From the NCBI RefSeq assembly GCF_001194135.2, contig NC_068989.1:52478872-52542871 (forward strand): 64,000 nucleotides of DNA, read 5' to 3'. Each line of letters opens with the position of its first letter. Position 1 is the first letter of the stretch. The position numbers and the translations under genes are program-made. Shown piece after piece: positions 37,398 to 50,700 of this stretch. The notes under the pieces were generated by a model. It was not told the DNA's origin and made no database searches. It saw only the letters and a program-made list of their open reading frames with translations. The stretch is from Octopus bimaculoides (lineage: Eukaryota).

Positions 37398-38832
37398 TAA
37401 TTACACACACTCATATATACGAAGATACGCATTCGATCTCACACAATCACTTAACAGGTGTACCCGTCCTTCATCTGTTGCTGCTCGTGTTGAATTATTT
37501 CTTATTAAAATTGAAATAGTTATAGCAACTTTTCATACATCGTTTATTACAATGCAGAACACACCTATAAAATTGATTTTGCGAGAACCACATGCACCAT
37601 ATAAAAATTGAATGAATCCTAAAAGAAAAGTTATAATTAAGCATGAGCTCATGTGTGGAGAACATTTCTTGCTCTGCAGATTCTTGTTTTCAATAAAAGA
37701 CAAAATGTGTTCTTCGGCCTCAACATGCGATATTGAGCTAACCAGCAGCGAAACATGGACTTCTCATTTGGGCGATTAATTTAATATAAGAAGATACTTT
37801 GATAAAAGAAGGCTTCCATTGGTAAATGAAATCCCGTGAAGCGAAAAAGCTTATAAAGTAAAAAAGAAAAGAAAAACAAAGCATTTCCTTAGCCACGTAA
37901 TAGATGCTACTACGTTCGGTGGCAAAAAGTAACCGCAAGATAAAAATAATGTTCAACGGAATTCATAATTCCTTTTGAATAAGACAGCATCATGATCATC
38001 ACCTACAGTTTTTAAAGTATCTGTATCTTCTGGATTAGGTCGTTACACTTTGAACGGTACAGGACGTCATAACCTTCACAATGTCCTTTGTTTAGAGCCA
38101 ATGTAGCATGTTGCCGACGCTGATAATGCTTTCTGTATGAGAGACTGGTATAAACTTTGAATTGTATTTCTTAGATGTGTTGAGTGGTCCTCAGTTTTGG
38201 GGTATTTTGATATTTCTCTCATTGTCCAATGCTTGCAAGTCATTCTCTTATTGAAGAAATATCTTTGCGTATTGTGCTGCAATACGTGCAGCTCTATTAA
38301 GTGCAGTTCTCTTGATTTTATTTCAAATGGCAACAATAGCGCTTCCTCTGATAATCGCAATGTTTATCTTGTCTTTCGTTGTTACATCATGTCCTAAAAT
38401 TTTTCCTTGCCATATTTAACGTCTATTCCAAATATTTTCTCTTTCTACTTTTTATTTATTTTGGAAGCTTCCCAAAACCTTGGTAATTATATAAATTTTT
38501 GTAGCTAAAATACATTGGTAGACGGATTCTGTTATTTTCAGTAGAGCAATGAAAGAATAAACATTTATCATGTTATCAGCTCTTCATCGTTTGTGAATTC
38601 AATACACAGCATTACTTTTCTCATACCGGGTCCTGATGAATGGTGAAGCCATTATTAACTTGCACAATGTCAATTTTTTTATCAGAATATCACGTTCACA
38701 AACCTACTTATGGTTTATATATTCCTTGAGAGCCAAGATAAACTTTCCATATTTCTTGGGTTTTGGTGGTATTGTTCCATGCTTTTATTTATTTTTATAT
38801 TTATTTATTACGGCAATATTACCCTAGTTACT

Positions 38833-38986
38833 AAGGCGGTGGGCTGGTAGAATCGTTAGCACACCGTTCATAATGGTTAGCAGCATTTCGTCCGTTCTTA
38901 CGCGCTGACTTCAAATTTGCCATTCATCGCTTTTGGTGTTGATAAAATAAGTACCAGTTGAGAACTGGACTCGATGTAATCGACTT
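38833..38986 (+). mobile_element. SINE family D, internally deleted
   Basis: AAGGCGGTGGGCTGGTAGAATCGTTAGC...GATAAAATAAGTACCAGTTG...GATGTAATCGACTT. Confidence 0.75.
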
Positions 38987-39740
38987 AAAAAACATACATA
39001 TATACATATATATTTACATATACATTAATATATATACATACATATAAGCATGTACTTACTTAAATGTATGTATATGTATATATATATATGCATATATATG
39101 TGTGTGTGTATGTATATATATATATATATATATATCTATGTATATATATATATATATGTGTGTGTGTGTATGTATGTGTGTATGTGTGTATGCGTGTATA
39201 TAGTCATATATAACTTGTATACGTATATGTATATATATATATATATATANNNNNNNNNNNNNNNNNNNNNNNNNNNNNNNNNNNNNNNNNNNNNNNNNNN
39301 NNNNNNNNNNNNNNNNNNNNNNNNNNNNNNNNNNNNNNNNNNNNNNNNNNNNNNNNNNNNNNNNNNNNNNNNNNNNNNNNNNNNNNNNNNNNNNNNNNNN
39401 NNNNNNNNNNNNNNNNNNNNNNNNNNNNNNNNNNNNNNNNNNNNNNNNNNNNNNNNNNNNNNNNNNNNNNNNNNNNNNNNNNNNNNNNNNNNNNNNNNNN
39501 NNNNNNNNNNNNNNNNNNNNNNNNNNNNNNNNNNNNNNNNNNNNNNNNNNNNNNNNNNNNNNNNNNNNNNNNNNNNNNNNNNNNNNNNNNNNNNNNNNNN
39601 NNNNNNNNNNNNNNNNNNNNNNNNNNNNNNNNNNNNNNNNNNNNNNNNNNNNNNNNNNNNNNNNNNNNNNNNNNNNNNNNNNNNNNNNNNNNNNNNNNNN
39701 NNNNNNNNNNNNNNNNNNNNNNNNNNNNNNNNNNNNNNNN

Positions 39741-39936
39741 ATTATGATTGACCGTTGACTGAACACTATTCAATTTTTTTTCTCCGTGTTTTTCTCCTTG
39801 TCTCCGTATTCTTTCTGTTGAAGAGCGTAGCTCGAAACGTCAAAGACTTTCCTTATTCCCGAGCGTCATACTAATATATACTTTTGTTATTTACACCACC
39901 TGTCCTCGTCTGTTGTTATTTTTTGTATATTCTCCC
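39741..39936 (+). mobile_element. PLE-type terminus ending at (TA)n
   Basis: Contains a hammerhead-like motif; its 3' ~85 bp is homologous (inverted) to 39962-40045 and 50077-50150. Confidence 0.6.
39810..39846 (+). ncRNA. Putative minimal type I hammerhead ribozyme motif (variant core CUGUUGA)
   Basis: UCUUU-CUGUUGA-A-GAGC-GUA-GCUC-GAA-ACGU-C-AAAGA: stem I 5 bp, stem II 4 bp, palindromic stem III, GUC cleavage triplet. Activity is unknown. Confidence 0.5.
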
Positions 39937-39961
39937 ATATATATATATATATATATATATA

Positions 39962-40200
39962 GGGAGAATTCGCGCAAAAAGCAAAAGACGAAGACAGGTG
40001 GTGTAGACAACAAACAGATGTATTAGTATAACACTCGGGAATTAACGTTTCGAGCCTACGCTCTTCCACAGTAAGGAACACAGAAAGAAGCAAGAAGAGA
40101 TACAAGGAGAGAAAAAAGAATGTGTAGTGGCTAGCGATCTATCATGGCGAATGCCGAACAGAAGGGTCACACAGGAAAGCTAGGAAGAAAGGGAGATAAT
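39962..40200 (-). mobile_element. Inverted PLE-type terminus with hammerhead-like motif at 40044-40071
   Basis: Minus strand CTGTGGA-A-GAGC-GTAG-GCTC-GAAACGTT; tail-to-tail with 39741-39936 across (TA)n. Confidence 0.6.
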
Positions 40201-41702
40201 AAAGTAGTGGAGATCCCAAAATAAAGGTGTGCGTGCGTGTGTATAATAGAGTTCGTATGTGCGTGTGGTAGAGGGCTGATGATCTTGACGTGTGTGTGTG
40301 TGTGTCTGCGTTTGTGCGTGTGCATACATGCGTGCGTGTGCATGCATGCGTGCGTGTGCGTGCATGCGCATGTGTGCCTGTGCATGTGTGTTTGTCTGTT
40401 TGTGTGCCTTTGCGTTATTGTTTGTCTCCCGCACCGCTTGACAACCAATGTTGATTTATTACTAGTCGGTAACTTCAATGAAAAGGCCTATAGGATGAGT
40501 ACAAAGCATTTAAAATTATGTATTACTCCCGATTTATTAAACAAAAACACTTCACCATAGTACTCCAGCATGGTCGCTGTCCAATGATTAAAACAAATTC
40601 ACACATATATATAGATATTCAGAAATGGAAAGATGAGAAAAAGCGAACGGTGGAGAGACAAAGTAAGACAGGTAAACACAAATATATATAGAGAGGAAAA
40701 GAGATAGAAGGGAATTGAGCATAAGAATATTGTCGGTTATTCATATATAAATGCAATTATATATTATCTTTGGCCGAAATATGTTTTAATAGATAATATA
40801 AAATATTTATTGCGAATAATTTAAATATCATCTCGGACTATTAGAGCTGCTGCTCTTCAAGAGAAGGCAAATTATAGTTTTTATTTATTTATGACTTGAA
40901 ATTTGTGTGCAGGCATCTTTTTAGGGTGTTCCTAGATTTGTCTTAATTTTGCATGATGAAATTTTAAGAAATGTGTAATTTGAAGATATGCAATATTTAA
41001 ACATTATCAGCGAGTGCCTAACATTTTAAGTGTTTTCTTTTCATATGTGTGTTTGTGGGTTTGTATGAGTGTTTATCAGCATATTGATGTTTAAATATTC
41101 AGCAAAAATACGTGCATAGATGTATGTACGTGTTTGTGTGTGCATGCGCATATAAATATATATATACATAGACGTAGATATATATATATANNNNNNNNNN
41201 NNNNNNNNNNNNNNNNNNNNNNNNNNNNNNNNNNNNNNNNNNNNNNNNNNNNNNNNNNNNNNNNNNNNNNNNNNNNNNNNNNNNNNNNNNNNNNNNNNNN
41301 NNNNNNNNNNNNNNNNNNNNNNNNNNNNNNNNNNNNNNNNNNNNNNNNNNNNNNNNNNNNNNNNNNNNNNNNNNNNNNNNNNNNNNNNNNNNNNNNNNNN
41401 NNNNNNNNNNNNNNNNNNNNNNNNNNNNNNNNNNNNNNNNNNNNNNNNNNNNNNNNNNNNNNNNNNNNNNNNNNNNNNNNNNNNNNNNNNNNNNNNNNNN
41501 NNNNNNNNNNNNNNNNNNNNNNNNNNNNNNNNNNNNNNNNNNNNNNNNNNNNNNNNNNNNNNNNNNNNNNNNNNNNNNNNNNNNNNNNNNNNNNNNNNNN
41601 NNNNNNNNNNNNNNNNNNNNNNNNNNNNNNNNNNNNNNNNNNNNNNNNNNNNNNNNNNNNNNNNNNNNNNNNNNNNNNNNNNNNNNNNNNNNNNNNNNNN
41701 NN

Positions 41703-41735
<33 letters not shown>

Positions 41736-41755
41736 GTACATATATATATATATGC

Positions 41756-41796
<41 letters not shown>

Positions 41797-42244
41797 CACA
41801 GACACACACTCATATATATATAAATATATACGTATATGTATGCGTGTATATGCAATGCACATATATGCATAGATACGTATGTGTGTGCACGTGTGCGTGT
41901 ATGTGTGCGTGCACGTCATTACTACGAAAATAATTAACCACGAAATAAATGTCTCTCGAATGATATGAGCACATAGAAATGGAGTATTTAATTAAGGTTT
42001 TACAGACTTTATTTTCTTTACCCATACAGCTATCCATATACTCATATACATGTGTGTGTGTGTGTGTATGTATGTTTATGTATGTATATGTATACGTTAC
42101 ATATACATGCATATAATTATGTGTATGCATATACATATGCATATATATGTTTACATACGAATATATATATATACACACACACATATATATATACACATAT
42201 ATCTACATATATAAATACACACATATATGCATATATATATATGC

Positions 42245-42309
<65 letters not shown>

Positions 42310-42310
42310 T
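41703..42310 (+). repeat. Long degenerate (TA)/(TG)/(CA) low-complexity region
   Basis: Direct reading. Confidence 0.9.
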
Positions 42311-44364
42311 ATTGAAGATGGTGAACGTGATTGAACAAACAACATTTGCATAATGTTATTATTCTATGCATAAATTTGCAAAGTAATTAAAAGATTATCA
42401 TTCCACATAAAGATGTAGCAAAAAATAAGAATGGAAATTTAGCAAGTAAATGAGAAATGCGAGAATGCGAGAATGAAATAGGAAGAGAAGGGAGATATGT
42501 TAAATTACGAGAGAGAAAAATGTGGGGGGAAAAGAAAGAAACAAACAAAATGTGCAAAGGATTATATGCATACTCCCTTTCTATTTTACTGTAAAGGATA
42601 CCAAAAACAAAATGCACGATCATAAATAATTCACTCTAATTTGGTTTTATATGGTCTTTTTGGAATAAGCCACCATCGTCTCTGCCGAGATCTCATTTGC
42701 ATGCTAAAATATACAAGTCCCGTTTCTTGTCAAAACGAAAATCGATGTATCTAAATGTAAATAAGTTTCAGTGAGAGATTAAGTTGATAGATTTGGCATA
42801 TATTTCATAACTGTAACTAGGTTTAAGTGTTTTGTTTGTATAATTTTTCTATAATTTTGTGAGCATAGGTGTGCGTACGCGTGTGAGCGTATGTGTGTGC
42901 CTTTATTTGTGTATGTGAGGGTGCTCTCTGTAACGTATGTGTGTGTGTTTGTGTGTATTTGTATGTGTGTATATGTGTGTGAAAGTGTGTGCGCGCGCGC
43001 ATGGTTGTGAGTATTTTGATATCATCATTATTAATCGTTTCGGACTAGCATTTTAATAAGTGAGTAGAATTAATAACTGTTGCAATTAATTCAAACTGTT
43101 ATTAGACCCGTGTTTGATAAATTCGTACACAAATACAACTGCAATGTTTGGCATTTTTTTCCTTTCATTTATTTATATATTTTTATTTTATTCTATTTTT
43201 TATATCCATTATTTCATTTTTAAATTTAACAACTAAACATGCATTTAGCATGCGTAAACATATACAAACATACACATACACGAACATACACACGCAGATC
43301 CACACATACAGAATAAGACACTTAGACATACATGCTGTCATACAAATGCAGATATATAAACACAAGCTTACGTGCTCATGATGCATACTCACATATGTAT
43401 ATATACATTCCTCACATACAAAATGTTTACAAATGCACATGACAAGCATCTAACCATATATATTTTCTGCTTTTCTTTCTCTTATCCTCTTAAACTTTTC
43501 CTATTTTCCACTTCAGTAAATAATTGCTTCTATCTTATTCGTGTAAATGGTTGAGTAAATGTGTTATATATTTAAAGGCATTAAACTGATTTAAATATAT
43601 ATATATATGTGTGTGTGTATGTTAGTGTGTGTGTGTGTTTGTGTGTTTTTGTGTTTGTGTGTGTGTGCGTGAGTGAAAATATTATTGGGTCTTCATTTTC
43701 AGATGGGTTAATGCCTCTTTAAACTGTTTTATTTTCTATCATATATTTCTAAAACATTTAACACTGGAACAGCTGTAAACTTAAAATGAATTCTGAAATA
43801 TTGTGTATTCTTTACCATCTGAAACTACCCAGCGAAGCCAGTTATAAATAGCCTTGTATAATTAAAATGAAACAACAGGTCATGTGTTTAAAGCATTCAC
43901 TTTCTCTTGGGTACCTGGATCATTCCTGCTACACGCAAGGTTCATCTGGTTTCAACTTGTGAGTGAAATACATTTGACAGCACCTGTACCGTGGACTTTG
44001 ACTATGACTGTACCACGAGTGACAAACTTAACCTTTGGCTTATGAGCAACGTTCGTTTCTCTTTTCTTTTGCTGAATTTACTATGCTACGGGAGTCTTTC
44101 TGTAGTCCGAGAATAATCCACAAACCGTGCTTTCTTCTTTCTTCCCACTCAAACGTTGTCGATACAAAGGATTAAATGTGGTATATTTCTCTCCCAGATG
44201 AAACCATAAAATCTTAGCAATCATTTTATTTTATTTTTACATTTACATCATCTGGTCCTCTATTTACCTCCAATTTTATCTACAATAGTCTCTGGCAATC
44301 AAAAATTCTGGCAATTGAAGGCTCTGACAATTTTATATACAATAGCCTCTGGCAATCTGAAACT

Positions 44365-44575
44365 TTAATATATTCGTTTCAAATTTTGGCGCAAAGCTAG
44401 TAATTTGAGGGATGCAGTTAACTGCATCGGCCCCAGTATTCAACTGGCGTTTCTTTCATTGACCACAAAAGGATGAAATGCAATGTTGAGCTCACCGAAA
44501 TTTGGTGGAGACGGACGAAATGCCGCTAACAATTTTCCTTGGCTGTGCTAAAAATTCTGCCAGATCAGCAATTAA
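44365..44575 (-). mobile_element. SINE family D, degenerate
   Basis: Reverse complement gives CTGGCAGAATTTTTAGC...GCGGCATTTCGTCCGTC...CATCCTTTTGTGGTCAATG...CCAGTTGAATACTGGGG. Confidence 0.7.
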
Positions 44576-44621
44576 TGCAGTTTCAATATGTATATATGTG
44601 CACGTACATACACAAACACAT

Positions 44622-44680
<59 letters not shown>

Positions 44681-45008
44681 TATTTGAAATGTTCAATCAT
44701 GTTTGTGTGTGATTTGTTGAAGATGATGAATATGAAAAATCATTTTCCTATGCAAATTTGGAAATTATTATGTAAATAATATATATATTCTAAATGTCAG
44801 TGTTTGCAACAAGAGTTTGCAAGAGTTCTGGTAATGATTCTTCTGTCAGAAAATTGAGTTTGTGAAGTGATTTTCTACACTCTTCCATCGAAGGGCCTCA
44901 ATAGAGCTGACATCTCTAAAAGTTTTTGTCTTTTTCTGACCGTTCGTCTTTTAATATCTATCAAAGTTTTGCATATTTCCAATTCTAATTGTATTATAAT
45001 TTTGTTAT

Positions 45009-45225
45009 AAGGTGGCGAACAGGTAGAATCGTTAGCCATCCAGGCAAAATGCTTAGTGGTAATTTTGTCCAACTTGACGTTCTGAGTTCAAATTCCGCCG
45101 AGGTCAAGTTTGCCTTTTATCATTTCAGGGTCGATGGAATAAGTACCAGTTAAGTACTGAGATCTTTGCAATCGACTTAGCCCCCTCCACCGAAATTGCT
45201 GGCCTTGTAGCAAAATTTAAAACAA
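45009..45225 (+). mobile_element. SINE family D, near full length
   Basis: AAGGTGGCGAACAGGTAGAATCGTTAGC...GTTCTGAGTTCAAATTCCGCCGAGGTC...AATAAGTACCAG...GCTGGCCTTGTAGCAAAAT. Confidence 0.85.
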
Positions 45226-46475
45226 ATATAATTCTGTTTGCGGGTCGACAGCAATATTAGTGAGACCATCGGGAAATTCTAGTCAACAACGGAAAAGACT
45301 AATTAGAAAACGTTTGAGGAGTCTTTGTTAGAGTCCCTTTTCAATGCAAGCTGACCACTGAGGAAACTTAAAGAAGAATGCTGCAGCGAAGAATACTTCT
45401 GATACCTGTTTAAGTGTCCAGTGTCATTATCACACATAAATCGTTTTCTTGCTGTGTCCTATATAGTACGCTGTACGCAAAATTGCTCACAGTCTTGCTT
45501 CTGTGCCCTCAGTCGATATTGGTAAGCTTCAAATATACAAACTCAAAATTATTTCGTTGTTAGGAGTTGCTTGTGCCTAAATTGCTTACACGGAAAACTG
45601 TGTACCACAAGATTTGAGAAAATTCTGTGAACTATTTCCAATACAAGAAATGCAAGATGGTTAGAAATTAATGATCTAGTACATACATATATCTGCCTGT
45701 CTAAATTGCGATCCTAATAGAAGTTTAAAGCCCCAAATGAATCATAGGAGCAAATATGTCATGACCAAACATTTGTTAAGTTAGTGATAAGTCTATAAGG
45801 AAATATATGCATATATGTATGGTGTGTAAAAGTTTTCAATCACCTCGAATTGCCCTGCCACTGGAGAAAGCTAAAAATATCAAGCAAGAACCGTGCAATA
45901 TGTATAAATATAGATATAGATATATACATATATATATATATANNNNNNNNNNNNNNNNNNNNNNNNNNNNNNNNNNNNNNNNNNNNNNNNNNNNNNNNNN
46001 NNNNNNNNNNNNNNNNNNNNNNNNNNNNNNNNNNNNNNNNNNNNNNNNNNNNNNNNNNNNNNNNNNNNNNNNNNNNNNNNNNNNNNNNNNNNNNNNNNNN
46101 NNNNNNNNNNNNNNNNNNNNNNNNNNNNNNNNNNNNNNNNNNNNNNNNNNNNNNNNNNNNNNNNNNNNNNNNNNNNNNNNNNNNNNNNNNNNNNNNNNNN
46201 NNNNNNNNNNNNNNNNNNNNNNNNNNNNNNNNNNNNNNNNNNNNNNNNNNNNNNNNNNNNNNNNNNNNNNNNNNNNNNNNNNNNNNNNNNNNNNNNNNNN
46301 NNNNNNNNNNNNNNNNNNNNNNNNNNNNNNNNNNNNNNNNNNNNNNNNNNNNNNNNNNNNNNNNNNNNNNNNNNNNNNNNNNNNNNNNNNNNNNNNNNNN
46401 NNNNNNNNNNNNNNNNNNNNNNNNNNNNNNNNNNNNNNNNNNNNNNNNNNNNNNNNNNNNNNNNNNNNNNNNNNN

Positions 46476-46700
46476 TTTTCAAGTGTCATTTTTATATGGT
46501 AAATTCTGGAAATTTGTTTCGGGGATGTAAGTGTAAATATTCCAAGACATGCTGCTTTATGGCTGAGACCCAAATTGCAAGTATTCTTTCAAGTTTCCCT
46601 GAAACGAACCGCCAAAACGCAGCTGCATTGAATTCCGTGGGTAGCGGTCGCAAACAATCATTATGCAAAACGAAATGCCCGTGCATCTTGAACCTCGTTC
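46476..46700 (+). repeat. Dispersed repeat, copy 1 (copy 2 at 51425-51685)
   Basis: Shared GTCATTTTTATATGGTAAATTCTG...TATTCCAAGACATGCTGCTTTATGGCTG...CCGCCAAAACGCAGCTGC...TTGAACCTCGTTCCT; about 80% identical by eye. Confidence 0.85.
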
Positions 46701-47457
46701 CTACCATTTGTAATTTGGACGCATCAGGTATGACCCGATTGGCAGCAGCGCAGAGAAACGATCTATCGGCCGATTGCAAGCAAGGCAGCGTGCCCCGTGC
46801 ACTCCATGTACCGATGGTGTATGGCCGTTTTGAACACCCAGGGAGAGCATACATGGTATTGAACATGTCAAGCCCTATAATCTCGATGTGCTGGATCCAC
46901 CCACTACGAGAAAACCTAACAACGACACATAGACTGTAATCAAAGTGCATCCAAGAAATTGACTTTATCAAATTTATCAAAATTCATCTCTGACATAATG
47001 AGATTAAAACATATTTAACAGTCACACACGTCTCGCGTTTCTTTTGCGATTCAGTGTGTGTGTGTGTGTGTGTGTGTGTATGCATGTATTTATGTATGTA
47101 TGTATGTATGTATGTGTTTAATATTTTGGAGAAATGGGTATATGACGATTAGTGTGATGAAGATTTTATTAGAGCACTGTCACGGTTCGGGTTTCATGGT
47201 GTCTTCGGGTGTCGGAGAATAATTCCGTNNNNNNNNNNNNNNNNNNNNNNNNNNNNNNNNNNNNNNNNNNNNNNNNNNNNNNNNNNNNNNNNNNNNNNNN
47301 NNNNNNNNNNNNNNNNNNNNNNNNNNNNNNNNNNNNNNNNNNNNNNNNNNNNNNNNNNNNNNNNNNNNNNNNNNNNNNNNNNNNNNNNNNNNNNNNNNNN
47401 NNNNNNNNNNNNNNNNNNNNNNNNNNNNNNNNNNNNNNNNNNNNNNNNNNNNNNNNN

Positions 47458-47519
<62 letters not shown>

Positions 47520-47545
47520 AGTGTGTGTATATATATGCACATATA

Positions 47546-47795
47546 CATTATAAGTAAGGATATCTAAGAGATACCACCATGCTAGATATAGCAGCAAAAA
47601 CTTGACTCTAAGACCACATTAAAATGTCCATACACCACCAAAACGGCCATACACCGTCGGTACATAGAGTGCATGAGGCACGCTGTCCTGTCTTCTGTCC
47701 TGGTGTTGTATGAACATTTTAATGTGGTTTTTTAGTCAAGTTTTGACTGCTGTATCTAGCATGTTGGTATCTCTTAGATACCCTTAATTATAATT
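47546..47795. mobile_element. Hairpin MITE: about 95-bp TIRs around a 60-nt loop
   Basis: 47546-47640 is the reverse complement of 47701-47795 with few mismatches. Confidence 0.8.
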
Positions 47796-47890
47796 TTAAT
47801 AATAATTATTACCTATGAGGTTTTTATTCCCATGCTAGCCACCTGATATGATAAGTATTTTAAATAACGATCGTATACTTATTTATATGA

Positions 47891-47945
<55 letters not shown>

Positions 47946-47956
47946 CACACACACAT

Positions 47957-48011
<55 letters not shown>

Positions 48012-50036
48012 TACATTCATACATACATACATACATGTCAACTGTCTACAAACCACTCTAAGTTTGTTCTCTTTTTGACACAATCTTGAATGCAAACAAG
48101 AATAGACAAGATTTTGACCATCCAGCTCCCTTAATTATAATTATTTTTTTATAATTATATACTTAAAATTAATTTTACCGATATAGTGGTTTTTGTACGC
48201 TAGCCACTGATATAATCGTTTTAATGATTATAGTCTCAATTTATGCGTATATATAATTTTGAGTTCTCTAGTCATTATATTTTGCTCCAGTACTATATTC
48301 ACTCGGGCACTATTTCTGGCATTAATCATATGGCTGAGATGGGCGATTATATATAATGTATACGCGGAAAATACATGTATATATTGGTATCTGTACGCAG
48401 AAATGTATCCCTATGCATATGTATTTCTCACTTATTTATTATCGGTGTAATTCTACCGAAGATTGTAGTGATTTTTATTACAACACACGAAACCTTAAGA
48501 TATAGAATTATCCGAAAGTTTCTAAATTTTCTTTTCCATTCCTTCATATTCAGCCTTTTGTTATAAAGAGAACAAACTTACAGTGTTTTGTAGGCATTGA
48601 CCCTATAGCGCCCTTAATTATAATTATATTCTTGTAATTATATATAGAGAGAGAGAGACGTGGGGGGAGAGAAAATATTACCGGCTTCGATGATGAAATT
48701 CATCTTATGAAATATCGATAAAAATTTTGAAATGGAGCAAAACGAGTTTGTATTTATTTTCTGCTTGGTGGTTAGAACATGTCTGGTGTTTTCCCGTAAA
48801 ATCTTCTTCAAGTATAGTCTGTTTGTAAAGAAATCTCTGTGGCTCCCTGCCGAGGAAGTGGCTTAAAAGCATTTATTCAATGGGTTGTGTGTCCAGTTGT
48901 GTGAGCGTGTGTGTGTGTGTGTGTGCCTGCGAGTGTGTGGGAGCGGATAATGTGGTGCCAAACATTCTGAAAGCTCTATAGTGTAACTGGCCTGCAAACA
49001 CACTACGTCCCCTTCCTCGATGGTATCACACCTTGCTTGCTAGCATTTGCTTTGGCATATCTCCACAAGCTTAGTACGTTTTAACTCCTCCCTCCTTGTT
49101 GTCATGAAAGTAAGAAACAGAGAGAAATAGTGACAAAGTGAGAAAATAGCTACAGAAATTTAAATCAAGGATAGTGACCTTGAACGCAAATTTCAGTTGG
49201 TTCACTAAACTTTACTCACCTTTAGAATCTTTAAAGACTTGGTGTCTTTTACATTACTTGTGAAGGATAGAAACAAGGTTATACAAGTAGTTTTAATATT
49301 TGCCAGATTTCGGTCGTGGTCATTGTGAATCCATTAACTATACAGAAACGTACAATTACCGTTATTTCGCAATTTACACTACGAAGATCTTTCGCAACCT
49401 GCCACTTAACTTTTGCATCTGGAATATATTTGTACTACATTTTAATGTAATCATTTATAATGATAGTGACAATGGCAAATGTCTACAGAATTAGAGGTTG
49501 TTTTGAAATTTGGAAATTACAAGTCTTCTCTTATTAACTCCAGACAGTAGTATCCCATCAATAGCATGAATTTGTATAGAAGAGATGTCAATTTCCGGTT
49601 GAGGTTTCATAACACTAGACAACAGTTGGAATTATATACGCCTCTACGTACATATTTGCTTAGATACTGTCTGCAATATAGTAACTGCTATACTTGGATT
49701 CTTGTATAAAAATATAATTGTATTACATTATGTGTGCATACCTAAATAGATTCATAAATTACATTATCTTTTACTTTTGTCTTCAGTCATTGGACTACGC
49801 CCGACGTTGGCCACTACTTTGAAGGTTGTCAAATAACTCAAGGTAGACTAACTTTGAAGGTAGTCAAATAACTCAAGCCCAGTATTTTTAAGACTGGTAC
49901 TTATTCTACCCTACCCTGTTCCCCAAATTCTAAGAGGTAGTAAACAAACCAATACCGGTCCTCCGCCAGAGTGGAGACAAACATTAAGACGCATGCATAC
50001 ATTACATTCACACACACACACACTTATCTATCTATC

Positions 50037-50075
<39 letters not shown>

Positions 50076-50076
50076 A

Positions 50077-50170
50077 GGGAGAATTCACAAAAAACAACAG
50101 ACGAAGACAGGTGGCGTAGAAAATAAACAGATATATTAGTCTAACGCTCGGGAATTGAGAAAGTATTTAA
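50077..50170 (-). mobile_element. PLE-type terminus (third copy) abutting (TA)n
   Basis: GGGAGAATTCAC...AGACGAAGACAGGTGGCGTAGA...TATTAGTCTAACGCTCGGGAA matches 39962-40045. Confidence 0.65.
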
Positions 50171-50254
50171 CGTACATACATATAGGTATGTATGTATACA
50201 TCTATGTGTGTATATATATGATATATATACATATATATATATTTATATATAATA

Positions 50255-50700
50255 TCTATAAAATTGAAATTTTCTCTGTGTGTTTGTGTGTGTGTGTGTG
50301 TGTGTGTAAAAATTTAATGTACCTCACAGGCTACTTAGATTTTTAAAAATATTGATATTGAGGTATCTAGAGCGACGGGAAACCAACAATAGATGATTTC
50401 TATTCATTTGTATTAATCAGATGTTTTATAATCTGTAGGGTCTTCCATACTGTTTTGATATTTTCATACAAGTGAAACGATTTTGTCTATTTATTTCTAC
50501 TGTCCACCAGTGACGGTAATTAAATTGACTAGGAACTCTGAACGAATACATTTCCACAATTCTCAACCGACTTTCACCAAACTTTACATTCACATTACTT
50601 ATGTTACAAGGATGGTCATGCACTAAACATTTTGCCCAGAGCTCCCGCGTAAATGGACCTAAATTGACTAGGAACACTGTACGTGACTAATATCCAATAC
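50255..50700 (+). mobile_element. Possible Helitron/HINE-like non-autonomous fragment
   Basis: TCTATAAAA start followed by (GT)n, and an AACCGACTTTCACCAAACTT motif; internal repeat TAAATTGACTAGGAAC occurs twice. Confidence 0.3.

Noticed and set aside
47172-47228. Hammerhead/PLE-end-like CCCGAAGA...CCGAACCG on the minus strand
   Set aside because: Core and stems are incomplete and the sequence is truncated by a gap.
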